Source of the DNA: Chiloscyllium plagiosum
Lineage: Eukaryota
Reading direction: 5' to 3'
NCBI RefSeq assembly: GCF_004010195.1
Contig: NC_057720.1
Coordinates: 9,133,646 to 9,176,201, forward strand
Length of the DNA: 42,556 bases
The position numbers and the translations under genes are program-made. Shown piece by piece: positions 10,901-21,750 of this stretch (the first letter of the stretch is position 1; each line of letters begins with the position of its first letter). The notes under the pieces were generated by a model. That model did no database searches. It saw only the letters and a program-made list of their open reading frames with translations, and was not told where the DNA came from.

Positions 10901-11323
10901 GATAAAGTTGTTATTTCATGATGTAGTAATATGAATGGTGTTCACCACTATGATGGCAATACTGAATAAGTCAGATCAGAATGAAACTTGATAGACCAAC
11001 ATTTTATTTTTGCAATTTGGCTACTATGATGGTCAGTCACTAAACATATTCACATGAGATTGTCAATGGACTTTTAACTAAAGCACATGAGTTTATTCAA
11101 CAAAAGAACAGGAATAAACAAAGCCATAAGATTATTAAGAATGACCTTATTCCAAGCAGCAAAAAGAAAGTTTCAACCACATTTCCCTGCAATATCCCTG
11201 ATAGACACTCAACCCCACTGAGCTGAAAGTGCTAGAGAAGTTAATCAGATCATTGATCATAGATGGAAATGTGTTGCTGGAAAAGCGCAGCAGGTCAGGC
11301 AGCATCCAGGGAACAGGAGAATC

Positions 11324-11350
11324 GACGTTTCGGCATAAGCCCTTCTTCAG
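11324..11350 (-). ncRNA. Minimal hammerhead core (stem II shortened to 3 bp)
   Basis: CUGAAGA-AG-GGC-UUAU-GCC-GAAA-CGUC. Confidence 0.75.
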
Positions 11351-11541
11351 GAATGGGGAAAGTTTGTCCAGCAGGCTAAGATAAAAGGTAGGGAGGAGGG
11401 ACTTGGGGGAGGGGCATCGGAAATGTGATAGGTGGAAAGAGGTCAAGGTGAGGGTGATAGGTCAGAGTGGGGTGGGGGCGGAGAAAATGTGTTGCTGGAA
11501 AAGCGCAGCAGGTCAGGCAGCATCCAGGGAACAGGAGAATC

Positions 11542-11569
11542 GACGTTTCGGGCATAAGCCCTTCTTCAG
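11542..11569 (-). ncRNA. Minimal hammerhead core
   Basis: CUGAAGA-A-GGGC-UUAU-GCCC-GAAA-CGUC. Confidence 0.85.
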
Positions 11570-12714
11570 GAATGGGGAAATTTTGTCCAGCAGGCTAAGA
11601 TAAAAGGTGGGGAGGAGGGACTTGGGGGAGGGGCGTCGGAAATGTGATAGGTGGAAAGAGGTCAAGGTGAGGGTGATAGGTCAGACTGGGGTGGGGGCGG
11701 AGAGGTCGGGAAGAAGATCTCAGGTTAGGAAGGCGGTGCTGAATTTGATGGATTTGACTGAGACAGGGTGGGGGGAGGGGGAAATGAGGAAACTGGTGAA
11801 ATCTGAGTTCATCCCTTGTGGTTGGAGGGTTCCTAGCCGGAAGGTGAGGCGTTCTTCCTCCAACCGTCGTTTTGTTGTGGTCTGACGTTGGAGGAGTCCA
11901 AAGACCTGCATATCTTGGTGGAGTGGGAGGGGGAATTGAAATGTTGGGCTACAGGGTGGTTGGGTTGGTTGGTCCGGGTGTCCCAGAGGTGTTCTCTGAA
12001 ACGCTCCGCAAGTAGCCGGCCTGTCTCCCCAATATAGAGGAGACATTGGAGACATTGCGGTCCTTGAAGAAGGAGGCCATCTGTGTTGTGCGTTTTTGGA
12101 ACTGGTCCTCCTGGGAGCAGATGCGGCGGAGTCGAAGGAATTGGGAGAATGGGATGGCGTTTTTACATGGGGCAGGATGGGAGGAGGTGTAGTCCAGGTA
12201 GCTGTGGGAGTCGGTTGGTTTGTAGTAGATGTCCGTGTTGATTCGGTCGCCTGAGGTAGAAATAGAAAGGTCGAGGAAGGGGAGGGAGGAATCTGAGACT
12301 GTCCAGGTGAATTTGAGGTCGGGTTGGAAGGTGTTGGTGAAGTGGATGAACTGTTCAACCTCCTCGTGGGAGCACGAGGCGGCGCCGATACAGTCATCGA
12401 TGTAGCGGAGGAAAAGGTGGGGGGTGGGGCCAGTGTAGTTGTGGAAGATGGATTGTTCCACATATCCTACGAAGAGGCAGGCATAGCTGGGGCCCATGCG
12501 GGTGCCCATGGCTACTCCTTTCGTTTGGAGGAAGTGGGAGGATTGGAAAGAGAAGTTGCAGTTACTTCGACTGACTGAACTGGTCCTCCTCACTTTCTCC
12601 TCATTGATCATAGAACCTCAAAGAACATTCCACCCAGACCCATCCCACTTCCCTATCACTATAACCCTGCATTTCCCATGGCTAATGCACGTAACCTATC
12701 TGAAAGCATGTGGG

Positions 12715-13225
12715 AAGGGACCATCGGAGGCTGAGGGGTGACTTTGTAGGGGGTTATAAAATCATGAGGGGCATGGATATGGCAAATATACAAGGTCTTT
12801 TCCCTGGGGTAGAGGAGTCCAGAACTAGAGGACATAGGTTTAGGGTGAGAGGGAAGAGATACAAAAGAAACCTATGAGGCAACTTTTTCACACGAGGGTG
12901 GTGCATATGTCGAATGGGCTGCCAGAGGAAGTGGTGGAGGCTGGTACAATTACAGCATTTAAAAGGTATCTGGAAGGGGATATGAATAGGAAGGCTTTAG
13001 AGGGATTGGGTCAAGATTAGAGTGGTGTTGAAAAAGCACAGCAGGTCAGGCAGCATCCGAGGAGCAGGAAAATCGACATTTTGGGCAAAAGCCCTTCATC
13101 AGGTAGAGAGATATGGGCCAAGTGCTGGCAAATGGGACTAGATTAATTTGGAATATCCAATTGGCATGGGCGAATTGGACCAAAGGTGTACATATGCTGT
13201 ACATAACCTTGACTCTATGACTCTA
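12715..13225 (+). mobile_element. CR1 (HER1-like) 3' fragment with a PLE terminal fragment inserted at 13007-13103
   Basis: 'aaaatcatgaggggcatggat...agaactagaggacataggtttagggtgaga' and a (ctatgact) tail. The PLE piece is flanked by tagagggat/tagagagat. Confidence 0.85.
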
Positions 13226-13575
13226 ATTGGAACTGATATTTTAAGTCCACTCTGAGTTTTCATTGAAACTCGAGTAAAGTATTACTTTTACCTTTACTTT
13301 AAAATTTCTTACTCAACTGACTCTGTTACAAAGCTACCTGCACATCCATTAAGTGATATGATTCTCCCTAGTACTGTTTCTCTGAGACACACAGACACAG
13401 GTTAATCCACTGATTTATCTCACTTAATTCCATGAAAAAAGGTCTCATTTTATTTTTCCCAACAAATTTGACTATGTTGATGCTGCTAAACAACACATCT
13501 AAGGGTACAGATCATTTCTTCTGGGCTGAATCTTATTCTGGCCATTGGTTGCTTCATCTCTCTCTCTAACAAATC

Positions 13576-13877
13576 AGATTAGATTACTTATAGTGTGGAA
13601 ACAGGCCCTTCAGCCCAACCAGTCCACACCAACCCTCAGAAGAATAACCCACCCAGACCCACTGCCATGTGACTAATGCACCTATCACTATGGACAATTT
13701 AGCATGGCCAATTCACCTAACCTGCACATCTTTGGACTGTGGGAGGAAACTGGAGCACCTGGAGGAAACCCACGCAGGCATGGGGAGAATGTGTACACTC
13801 AACAGAGAGAGTCTCCTGAGGCTGGAATCGAACCAGGGATCCTGGTGCTGTGAGGTAGCAGTGCTAACCACAGGCCA
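13576..13877 (-). mobile_element. HE1-type V-SINE
   Basis: Reverse complement of the element at 700-1020: 'cctgcacatctttggactgtgggaggaaac...gtgctaaccac'. Confidence 0.9.
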
Positions 13878-14599
13878 TTGGGGTAGGAACAGGAGAAAGC
13901 AAATCATTAGATAGCTGTTTCAAAGTGCAGGTGTGATGGGCCAAATGATCTTCTTATTTTGTCTGATTCTAATGATTCTGAGTTTACCTTTTCCTTGAGG
14001 ATAAATGGGGAGAACTTTAAAATTAATAGTATTCTCTCTAATCTCACATTTTCCTTTAATGTAAGTGTGGGAACTGAGTGCACTTCACAGTTATGTCTTC
14101 AGGTTCTCTGGTTGTGTTAAATGGGGAAAAGGCTTCACTGTGATCCGGAACAGAATGGGAGCTTTGTACATTTCAATGACAGACAAATGAATTTACAGTC
14201 TACTCTAGTCTTTTTCTTTAGTCCACTGGGAACATTTGTACTTATTCTTGTTCGAGCTTCGCGACATGATCTAATAGCACTTAAAGCCTTCATCTACCAG
14301 TACACTAACCTCACAGCTGTCTTTTAACATTAAAATAACATTTGTGCATTAGGAAACTTCAGAAGATTTTTTTTATTTCCAATACTAAATGAAAAATTAC
14401 GTTTGGAGCATGAACTGCGAATACTTAATGAATTTAATCTTCCGTCACAGCCTCAACTTTTCCTTATATTTATCAATGATTTTGGATGAAGCAATAGAGA
14501 CTTGTATATTCAACTTTATTGATGACACCAAGTTAGGTAACACAGAACATATTACAGATGTTAACTGATATTTGCAAAGGGACGATAAAAGATTAAGTC

Positions 14600-14925
14600 C
14601 TAACGTCAAGATTACTCTGATGACACCTTCCAAACGCCTGACCTTCAACTCCTCAAAGGGCAAGAACAGCAGATGAGAACACCATAGCCCGCAAATACCC
14701 CACCAAGTCACACACCCATCTAACTTGGAACTGTATCCATCACTGTCATTAGGTCAAAGTTCCAGAAGCCCTAACTAATAGCACTATGGATCTACACACA
14801 GTGCACAGCTTCAGAAGTTCAAGAAAGCAGCTCACCATCACCTTCTCCAGGCATTTAAGGATGGACAGTCATTGCTGGCCAAATCCTACAGATGACCACA
14901 TCCTCTGAATGAATAAAGAAAAACT
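14600..14925 (+). mobile_element. 3' end of the second CR1-clade family, inside an older CR1 relic (~14450-15135)
   Basis: 'ttcaagaaagcagctcaccatcaccttctc...gaatgaataaagaaaaa'. Confidence 0.7.
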
Positions 14926-15177
14926 GAGTGAGAAAAAGTGGCAGATCAAATTCAATATGGTCAAATGAAAGTTCACCTCTCTTTATCCTGAACCGACATA
15001 GATCGAAGTATTAATCTTGCTGGGACCTTGGAATTTTAAATATTTTCTTAACATTTTCACTTATCAGCCATGATTGAATGGCAGAGCAGACTCGATGGGC
15101 TGAATAGCCTAACATTTGCTCCTATGTCTTATGGGTGTTGCTGGCTGTGCAGTATGTATTGCCTTTCCCTAGCTACT

Positions 15178-15265
15178 TGATGAGGGAGCAGTGTTCTGAA
15201 AGCTTGTACTTCCAAATAAACCTGTTGGACTATACCCTGGTGTTGTGTGATTTTTAACTCTGTCC
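15178..15265 (+). mobile_element. PLE terminal fragment (type E) with a decayed hammerhead
   Basis: 'ttgatgagggagcagtgttctgaaagctt...aataaacctgttggactata' is homologous to 41772-41968. Confidence 0.7.
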
Positions 15266-15674
15266 CTAATTGCCATTAGGTTACGTTCTTGAACTGCTGC
15301 AGACCACCTGCTGTGGATTGACCAACGCCGCTTTTAGGGAGGGAATTCCAGGATGTTAACTCCAAGATAGTAAAGAGACAGCAATATACTTCCAAGCCAA
15401 GATGGTGAGTAACTTGGAGATGAATTTGTAGTGGAGGTCTTCCTATGTATCTGCTGCCTTTGTCCTTCCAGATGGAGGCGGTAATGAGTTTGTAATGAGA
15501 TGTTGAAGGATCTTTGATGAATTTCTGCTGTACATCTTGCACTGCTGCTGCTGAGCTTTGATGTTGGAGGGAAGGGATGCTAGTGGATGTGCCAATCAAG
15601 TGGGCTGCTTTGTCCTGGATGGTGTCAAACTTCTTGAGTGTTGTTGGAACTGCACTCATCCAGGCAAGGGAGTT

Positions 15675-16458
15675 CGAGGAGCGCTGGTTATGGAGGTGGG
15701 TATATAAAAGTTTGTCTTACTTACAGTTTTTGATGTTTGAAATGGTCTTGAAATACTGTTTGTTAAGAGTATGAATTCTCCTGAGGATGTAGTACAGAGT
15801 GGGTCCTTTTGCAATTCTGAGAGAGTGTGGCCCTCAGCTGAGGCAGGGTTGACTGTAGAGAGGTTAGGTGCCGGTGCATGGCTGCGAGCGAGGAGTGGAG
15901 GATCTTGAAGGAGAACCGTTGCTGGTGTTTTTGAATCTGTAGTCTGTACTGTTTGTTCTGTTCGGGTCGGAACTCTGCTGGTTTAAAGGTGGTCCGGAGT
16001 CCGTGTGGGATGAGTTGGTTATGGAGGCAGGCACTGAGGAAGCAGATGTGGCTGTGGTGGCAAGTCTGTATCAGGACATGGTTGAAGAGCTTCAGGGCAG
16101 AGGAGATTACCTGGGCGTTGAGGTAAGAGAGAGACTCCCTGAGATTCTTGTAGAGAGAGGCAAGCATCCTTGCAAGAAGATTCGCAGTAGGGTTAAAATC
16201 AACTAGGTAAAAACGAGGACTGCAGATGCTGGAAACCAGAGTCTAGATTAGAGTAGTGCTGAAAAAGCACAGCAGGTCAGGCAGCATCCGAGGAGCAAGG
16301 AAATCGACATTTCGGGCAAAAACCTCTTTTCCTGATGAAGGGCTTTTGCCTGAAACGTCGATTTTCCTGCTCCTCGGATGCTGCCTGACCTGCTGTGCTT
16401 TTCCAGCACCACTCTAATCTAGACTCTGGTTTCCAGCATCTGCAGTCCTCGTTTTTAC
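15675..16458 (-). mobile_element. PLE (type A): fold-back terminal repeats plus the start of the ORF
   Basis: Inverted repeat 16206-16322 / ~16343-16459. ORF 15763-16167(-) has HICFLSACLHNQLIPHGL, a PLE N-terminal-domain-like motif. 15-bp TSD ccaggcaagggagtt (15660-15674, 16459-16473). Confidence 0.88.
16332..16359 (+). ncRNA. Minimal hammerhead core
   Basis: ctgatga-a-gggc-tttt-gcct-gaaa-cgtc (G-U pair closing stem II). Confidence 0.75.
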
Positions 16459-17850
16459 CCAGGCAAGGGAGTTACTCACCTCAGTGTTCCGAGCCTCAAG
16501 CATGTTCTTATAACTATTGTGTTTATGTGGTAAGACCAGTTGAGTTTCAGGTCAATGATAACCCCAAGGATGTTGATAGTGAGGGATTCAGTGGTGATAA
16601 CACCATTTAATGATGAAGAGGTGGGAGTTAGATAATCTCTTGTTGGAGATGATCATTGCTTAGCATTTGTGTGGCATGAATGTTCCTTGCCACTGTCAGC
16701 CCAAGCCTGAATATTGTCCAGATCTTGATGTATTTGAACATAGACTGCTTCAGTATTTGAGGAGTTGTGAATGGTGCTGAACATTGTGTAATCATTGGTT
16801 AATATCCCTACTGCTGGGGGGAAGGTCAATGATGAAGCAGTTGAAGATGGTTGGGTCTTGAACACGACCCTGAGGAACTCCTGCAGAGATGTCCAGGAGC
16901 TGAGATGACTGACCTCCAACAACACCAACTATCTTCTGAGATGCCAGGTATGACTCTAACCAGCGGAGAGTTTGCCCCTGAAGCCAATTGATTCTGGTCT
17001 TGCTTGGGATCTTTGATACAATGTATAGTCAAATGTGGCCTTGATGTCACGGACTGTCACTTTCACCTCATCTCTGGAAATCTGCTCTTTTGTCCATGTT
17101 TGAACCAAGGCTGTAATGGGGTCAGGAGCTGAGTGACATTGGCGGAGCCCAAACTGGGCGTCACCGAGCAGTTTTTGCTGAGCAGGTGCTGCATGATAGT
17201 GCTATTGATGACACCTTCCATCACTTTACTGATGATGGAGAGCAGACTGATGGGGTGGTAATTGACCAAGTTGATTTGTCCTGCTGTTTATAGACAGGAC
17301 ATACCTGAGCAATTTTCCTCATGGTCAGGTAGATGTCAGCGTTGTAACTGTACTGGAACAGCTTAGCTAAGGAAGCAGCAAGTCTTCAATACTATTGCTG
17401 GAATGTTGTCAGGGACCATAGCCTTTGCAGTGTCCAGTGTCTTCAACTGTTTCCTGATATCTGATGTGTGGGGCTCCCCCACTATTGAGGATGGATTATC
17501 TGTGGAGCTGCCTCCTCCAGTGAGTTGTTTAATTGCCCACCACCATTCACGAGTGGATGGAGCAGGACTGGAATCACTTAGCTCTGCATATTACTTGCTA
17601 CTTATGCTGTTTGACAAGCAAGTAATCCTGTTTGGTAGCTTCACCAGGTTGACACCTCATTTTCAGGTATACCTGATGCTTCTCCTGGCATGCCCTCCAA
17701 CACTCTCCATTGAACCAGGTTTGATCCCCTGGCTTCATGGTATTGCTTGAGTGGAGGACATATCGGGCCATGAGGTTACAGATTGGGCTGAAATACAAGT
17801 CTGCTGCTGTTGATGACCCACAGCACCAAATAGATGCCCAGTTTTGATTT

Positions 17851-19436
17851 AAGACCATAAGACATAGGAGCGGAAGTAAGGCCATTCGGCCCATCGAGTC
17901 CACTCCGCCATTCAATCATGGCTGATGGGCATTTCAACTCCACTTACCCGCATTCTCCCCGTAGCCCTTAATTCCTTGTGACATCAAGAATTTATCAATT
18001 TCTGCCTTGAAAACATTTAGCGTCCCAGCCTCCACTGCACTCTGTGGCAATGAATTCCACAGGCCCACCACTCTCTGGCTGAAGAAATGTCTCCGCATTT
18101 CTGTTCTGAATTTACCCCCTCTAATTCTAAGGCTGTGCCCACGGGTCCTAGTCTCCTCGCCTAACGGAAACAATTTCCTAGCGTCCACCCTCTCCAAGCC
18201 ATGTATTATCTTGGAAGTTTCTATTAGATCGCCCCTTAATCTTCTAAACTCCAATGAATACAATCCCAGGATCCTCAGCCGTTCCTCATATGTTAGACCT
18301 ACCATTCCAGGGATCATCCGTGTGAATCTCGCTGGACATGCTCCAGTGCCAGTATGTTCCTCCTGAGGTGTGGGGACCAAAACTGGACACAGTACTCCAA
18401 ATGGGGCCTAACCAGAGCTTTATAAAGTCTCAGTAGCACAACNNNNNNNNNNNNNNNNNNNNNNNNNNNNNNNNNNNNNNNNNNNNNNNNNNNNNNNNNN
18501 NNNNNNNNNNNNNNNNNNNNNNNNNNNNNNNNNNNNNNNNNNNNNNNNNNNNNNNNNNNNNNNNNNNNNNNNNNNNNNNNNNNNNNNNNNNNNNNNNNNN
18601 NNNNNNNNNNNNNNNNNNNNNNNNNNNNNNNNNNNNNNNNNNNNNNNNNNNNNNNNNNNNNNNNNNNNNNNNNNNNNNNNNNNNNNNNNNNNNNNNNNNN
18701 NNNNNNNNNNNNNNNNNNNNNNNNNNNNNNNNNNNNNNNNNNNNNNNNNNNNNNNNNNNNNNNNNNNNNNNNNNNNNNNNNNNNNNNNNNNNNNNNNNNN
18801 NNNNNNNNNNNNNNNNNNNNNNNNNNNNNNNNNNNNNNNNNNNNNNNNNNNNNNNNNNNNNNNNNNNNNNNNNNNNNNNNNNNNNNNNNNNNNNNNNNNN
18901 NNNNNNNNNNNNNNNNNNNNNNNNNNNNNNNNNNNNNNNNNNNNNNNNNNNNNNNNNNNNNNNNNNNNNNNNNNNNNNNNNNNNNNNNNNNNNNNNNNNN
19001 NNNNNNNNNNNNNNNNNNNNNNNNNNNNNNNNNNNNNNNNNNNNNNNNNNNNNNNNNNNNNNNNNNNNNNNNNNNNNNNNNNNNNNNNNNNNNNNNNNNN
19101 NNNNNNNNNNNNNNNNNNNNNNNNNNNNNNNNNNNNNNNNNNNNNNNNNNNNNNNNNNNNNNNNNNNNNNNNNNNNNNNNNNNNNNTCCCTGACTCCAGT
19201 GACTTTTGAAAGATCTCAACCAACACCTCCGCTATTTCCTCAGCCACTTCCTTCAGAACTCTAGGATGTAACCCATCAGGGCCAGGAGATTTATCAATTT
19301 TAAGACCTTTTAGCTTTTCTAGCACTTTCTCTTTTGTAATGGCAACCATACTCAACTCAGCCCCCTGACTCCCTTTAATTGTTGGGATATTACTCATGTC
19401 GTCCACTGTGAAGACTGACGCAAAGTACTTCTTAAG
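17851..19436 (-). mobile_element. Young CR1 LINE spanning an assembly gap
   Basis: KLKGLKIDKSPGPDGLHPRVLKE (RT start), [25 protein letters not shown]...FFSQRVVGLWNSLP, and a CR1 3' stem-loop and tail. Confidence 0.93.
18443..19186. other. Assembly gap (744 N)
   Basis: Run of N. Confidence 0.99.
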
Positions 19437-19749
19437 TACTGCTCAAAGTCTGTCCCATTAACACAGTAATATTGCCACACAACATGATGGAGGGTATTCT
19501 CAATGTAAAGGTGGGACTCTTCTCCACAAGGACTGTGCTGTGGTCACTCTTACTGATACTGTCATGGACAGATGTATCTGCAGTTGGCAGATTCGTAAGG
19601 ACAAGGTCAAGTATGTTTTTTCCCTCTTATTGGTTCCCTCACCACCTGCCACAGACCCAGTCTAGCAGCGATGTCCTTTTGGACCTGACCACCTTGATCA
19701 GTAGTGCTGCTGCCGATCCACTCTTGGTGGTGGGCATTGAAATCCCCCA

Positions 19750-20249
19750 TTCTGGATTAGTGGTGCTGGAAGAGCACAGCAGTTCAGGCAGCATCCAAGG
19801 AGCTTCCCTCACCACCAGACGCTTGGAGGAAGAACGCCTTATCTTCCGCCTCGGAACACTTCAACCATAGGGCATCAATGTGGACTTCAACAGTTTCCTC
19901 ATTTCCCCTTCCCCCACCTCACCCTAGTTCTAAACTTCCAGCTCAGCACTGTCCCCAGTGCTACTTGTCCTACCTGCCTATCTCCTTCCACCCTCTCCTC
20001 CCTGACCTATCACCTTCATCCCCTCCCCCACTCACCCATTGTACTCTATGCTACTTTCTCCCCACCCCCACCCTCCTCCAGCTTATCTCTCCATGCTCCA
20101 GGCTCACTGCCTTTATTCCTGATGAAGGGCTTTTGCCCGAAACGTCTAAAGATTTCGAAGCTCCTTGGATGCTGTCTGAACTGCTGTGCTCTTCCAGCAC
20201 CACTGATCCAGAATCTGGTTTCCAGCATCTGCAGTCATTGTTTTTACCT
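19750..20249 (+). mobile_element. PLE (type A) 3' part with a 5' inverted terminal fragment
   Basis: Inverted arm 19750-19806, then the ORF end RRLEEERLIFRLGTLQP, the 3' UTR, a hammerhead and the terminus gtttttacct. TSD cattgaaatccccca (19735-19749, 20472-20486). Confidence 0.92.
20119..20146 (+). ncRNA. Minimal hammerhead core
   Basis: ctgatga-a-gggc-tttt-gccc-gaaa-cgtc. Confidence 0.82.
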
Positions 20250-20260
20250 CATTGAAATCC

Positions 20261-20467
20261 TTGAGGAGAAAGTGAGGTCTGCAGATGCTGGAGATCAGAG
20301 CTGGAAATGTGTTGCTGGAAAAGCGCAGCAGGTCAGGCAGCATCCAGGGAACAGGAGAATCGATGTTTCGGGCATAATTCCTGAAGAAGGGCTTATGCCC
20401 GAAACGTCGATTCTCCTGTTCCCTGGATGCTGCCTGACCTGCTGCGCTTTTCCAGCAACACATTTCC
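20261..20467. mobile_element. PLE fold-back mini-element (type B)
   Basis: 75-bp inverted arms (20303-20377 / 20393-20467) and a 42-nt tail. 15-bp TSD acctcattgaaatcc (20246-20260, 20468-20482). Confidence 0.92.
20381..20408 (+). ncRNA. Minimal hammerhead core
   Basis: ctgaaga-a-gggc-ttat-gccc-gaaa-cgtc. Confidence 0.85.
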
Positions 20468-20697
20468 ACCTCATTGAAATCCCCCACCCAGAGTACATGT
20501 TATTGACCTTGCCAACCTCAGTGCTTTCTCCAATTAAGATGCCCTGATTCATCAGTCATGGAAGGACAGTGTGTACTAATCAGCAGGAGATTTCCATAAC
20601 CATGTTTAACCTGAAGCCATGAGACTTTGGAGTCCAGAGTGAGTGTTCAGGTCTCCTAGGGTAACACTTTCCTGACTGAATGCCACTGTGCCACCAC

Positions 20698-21750
20698 TGT
20701 GAAGGGCAGGTCGTGCCTCACAAACCTTATTGAATTCTTTGAAAAGGTGACGAAGGAGGTTGATGAGGGGAAAGCGGTAGATGTGGCATATATGGATTTT
20801 AGTAAGGCGTTTGATAAGGTTCCCCATGGTAGGCTACTGCAGAAAATACGGAGATATGGCATTGAGGGTGAGTTGGAGGTTTGGATTAGGAATTGGCTGG
20901 ATGGAAGAAGACAGAGGGTAGTAGTTGATGGCAAAGTTTCTTCATGGAGTGCCGTCACTAGCGGTGTTCCGCAAGGATCTGTTTTGGGACCATTGCTGTT
21001 TGTCATTTTTATAAATGACCTGGAAGAGGGGTTAGAAGGTTGGGTGAGCAAGTTTGCGGATGACACAAAAGTCGGAGGAGTTGTTGACAGTGAGGAAGCA
21101 TGTGGCAGGCTACAGCAGGATATAGAGAAGCTGCAGAGCTGGGCAGAAAGGTGGCAAATGGAATACAATGTAGCTAAGTGTGAGGTGACTCACTTTGGGA
21201 AGAATAACAAAAAGAATGGGTACTGGGCTAATTGTCGGATACTTGGTAGTGTGGATGAGCAGAGGGATCTTGGTGTCCATGTACACAGATCTCTGAAAGT
21301 TGCCACCCAGGTAAATAGTGCGGTGAGGAAGGCATATGGCGTACTGGCTTTTATTGGTAGAGGAATGTTTTCATTAGAGAAAATAAGGTTTAGGGGTGAC
21401 TTGATTGAGGTGTACAAGATGATTAGGGGGTTAGATAGGGTCGACAGTATGAACCTTTTCCCGCGTATTGAGTCGGGTATTACAAGGGGGCATAGCTTTA
21501 AATTAAGGGGGGTAGATATTGGACTGAAGTTAGGGGTAGGTTCTTCAGTCAGCGAGTCGTAAGTTCATGGAATGCCCTGCCAGTAGCAGTGGTGGACTCT
21601 CCCTCTTTATGGGCATTTAAGCGGGAATTGGATAGGTATATGGAGGATAGTGGGTTAGTATAGGTTAGGTGGGCTTGGATCGGCGCAACATCGAGGGCCA
21701 AAGGGCCTGTACTGCGCTGTATTCTTCTATGTTCTATGTTCTATGTTCTA
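20698..21750 (+). mobile_element. Young 5'-truncated CR1 LINE with an open RT core and an internal deletion near 21365
   Basis: ORF 20699-21562 has GRSCLTNLIEFF, YMDFSKAFDKVPH, SGVPQGSVLGPLLF and KFADDTK. LAFIGRG is fused to MFSLEK. (ttctatg)n tail. Confidence 0.95.

Larger units (their letters stand above)
11267..11703 (-). repeat. Two tandem ~218-bp PLE terminal repeats, each with a hammerhead
   Basis: Units 11267-11484 and 11485-11703 are near-identical. Confidence 0.92.
11264..12600 (-). mobile_element. Penelope-like element (type B): RT core, internal deletion, GIY-YIG C-terminal half, tandem terminal repeats
   Basis: ORF 11949-12611(-) has GVAMGTRMGPSYACLFVG, RYIDD, LPFLD, YYKPTDSHSYLDYTSSHP and IPFSQFLRLRRICS. 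It is followed by YIGETGRLLAERFREHL and RRLEEERLTFRLGTLQPQGMN. 14-bp TSD tcattgatcataga (11250-11263, 12601-12614). Confidence 0.95.

Noticed and set aside
18314..19406. Long ORFs of 301 and 328 aa (also 38703-39903)
   Set aside because: Their length comes from translating N gaps; the flanks are CR1 or PLE sequence.
20699..21562. 287-aa RT ORF as a functional or domesticated gene
   Set aside because: It is a 5'-truncated CR1 with an internal deletion and a non-ATG start; the open frame reflects young age.
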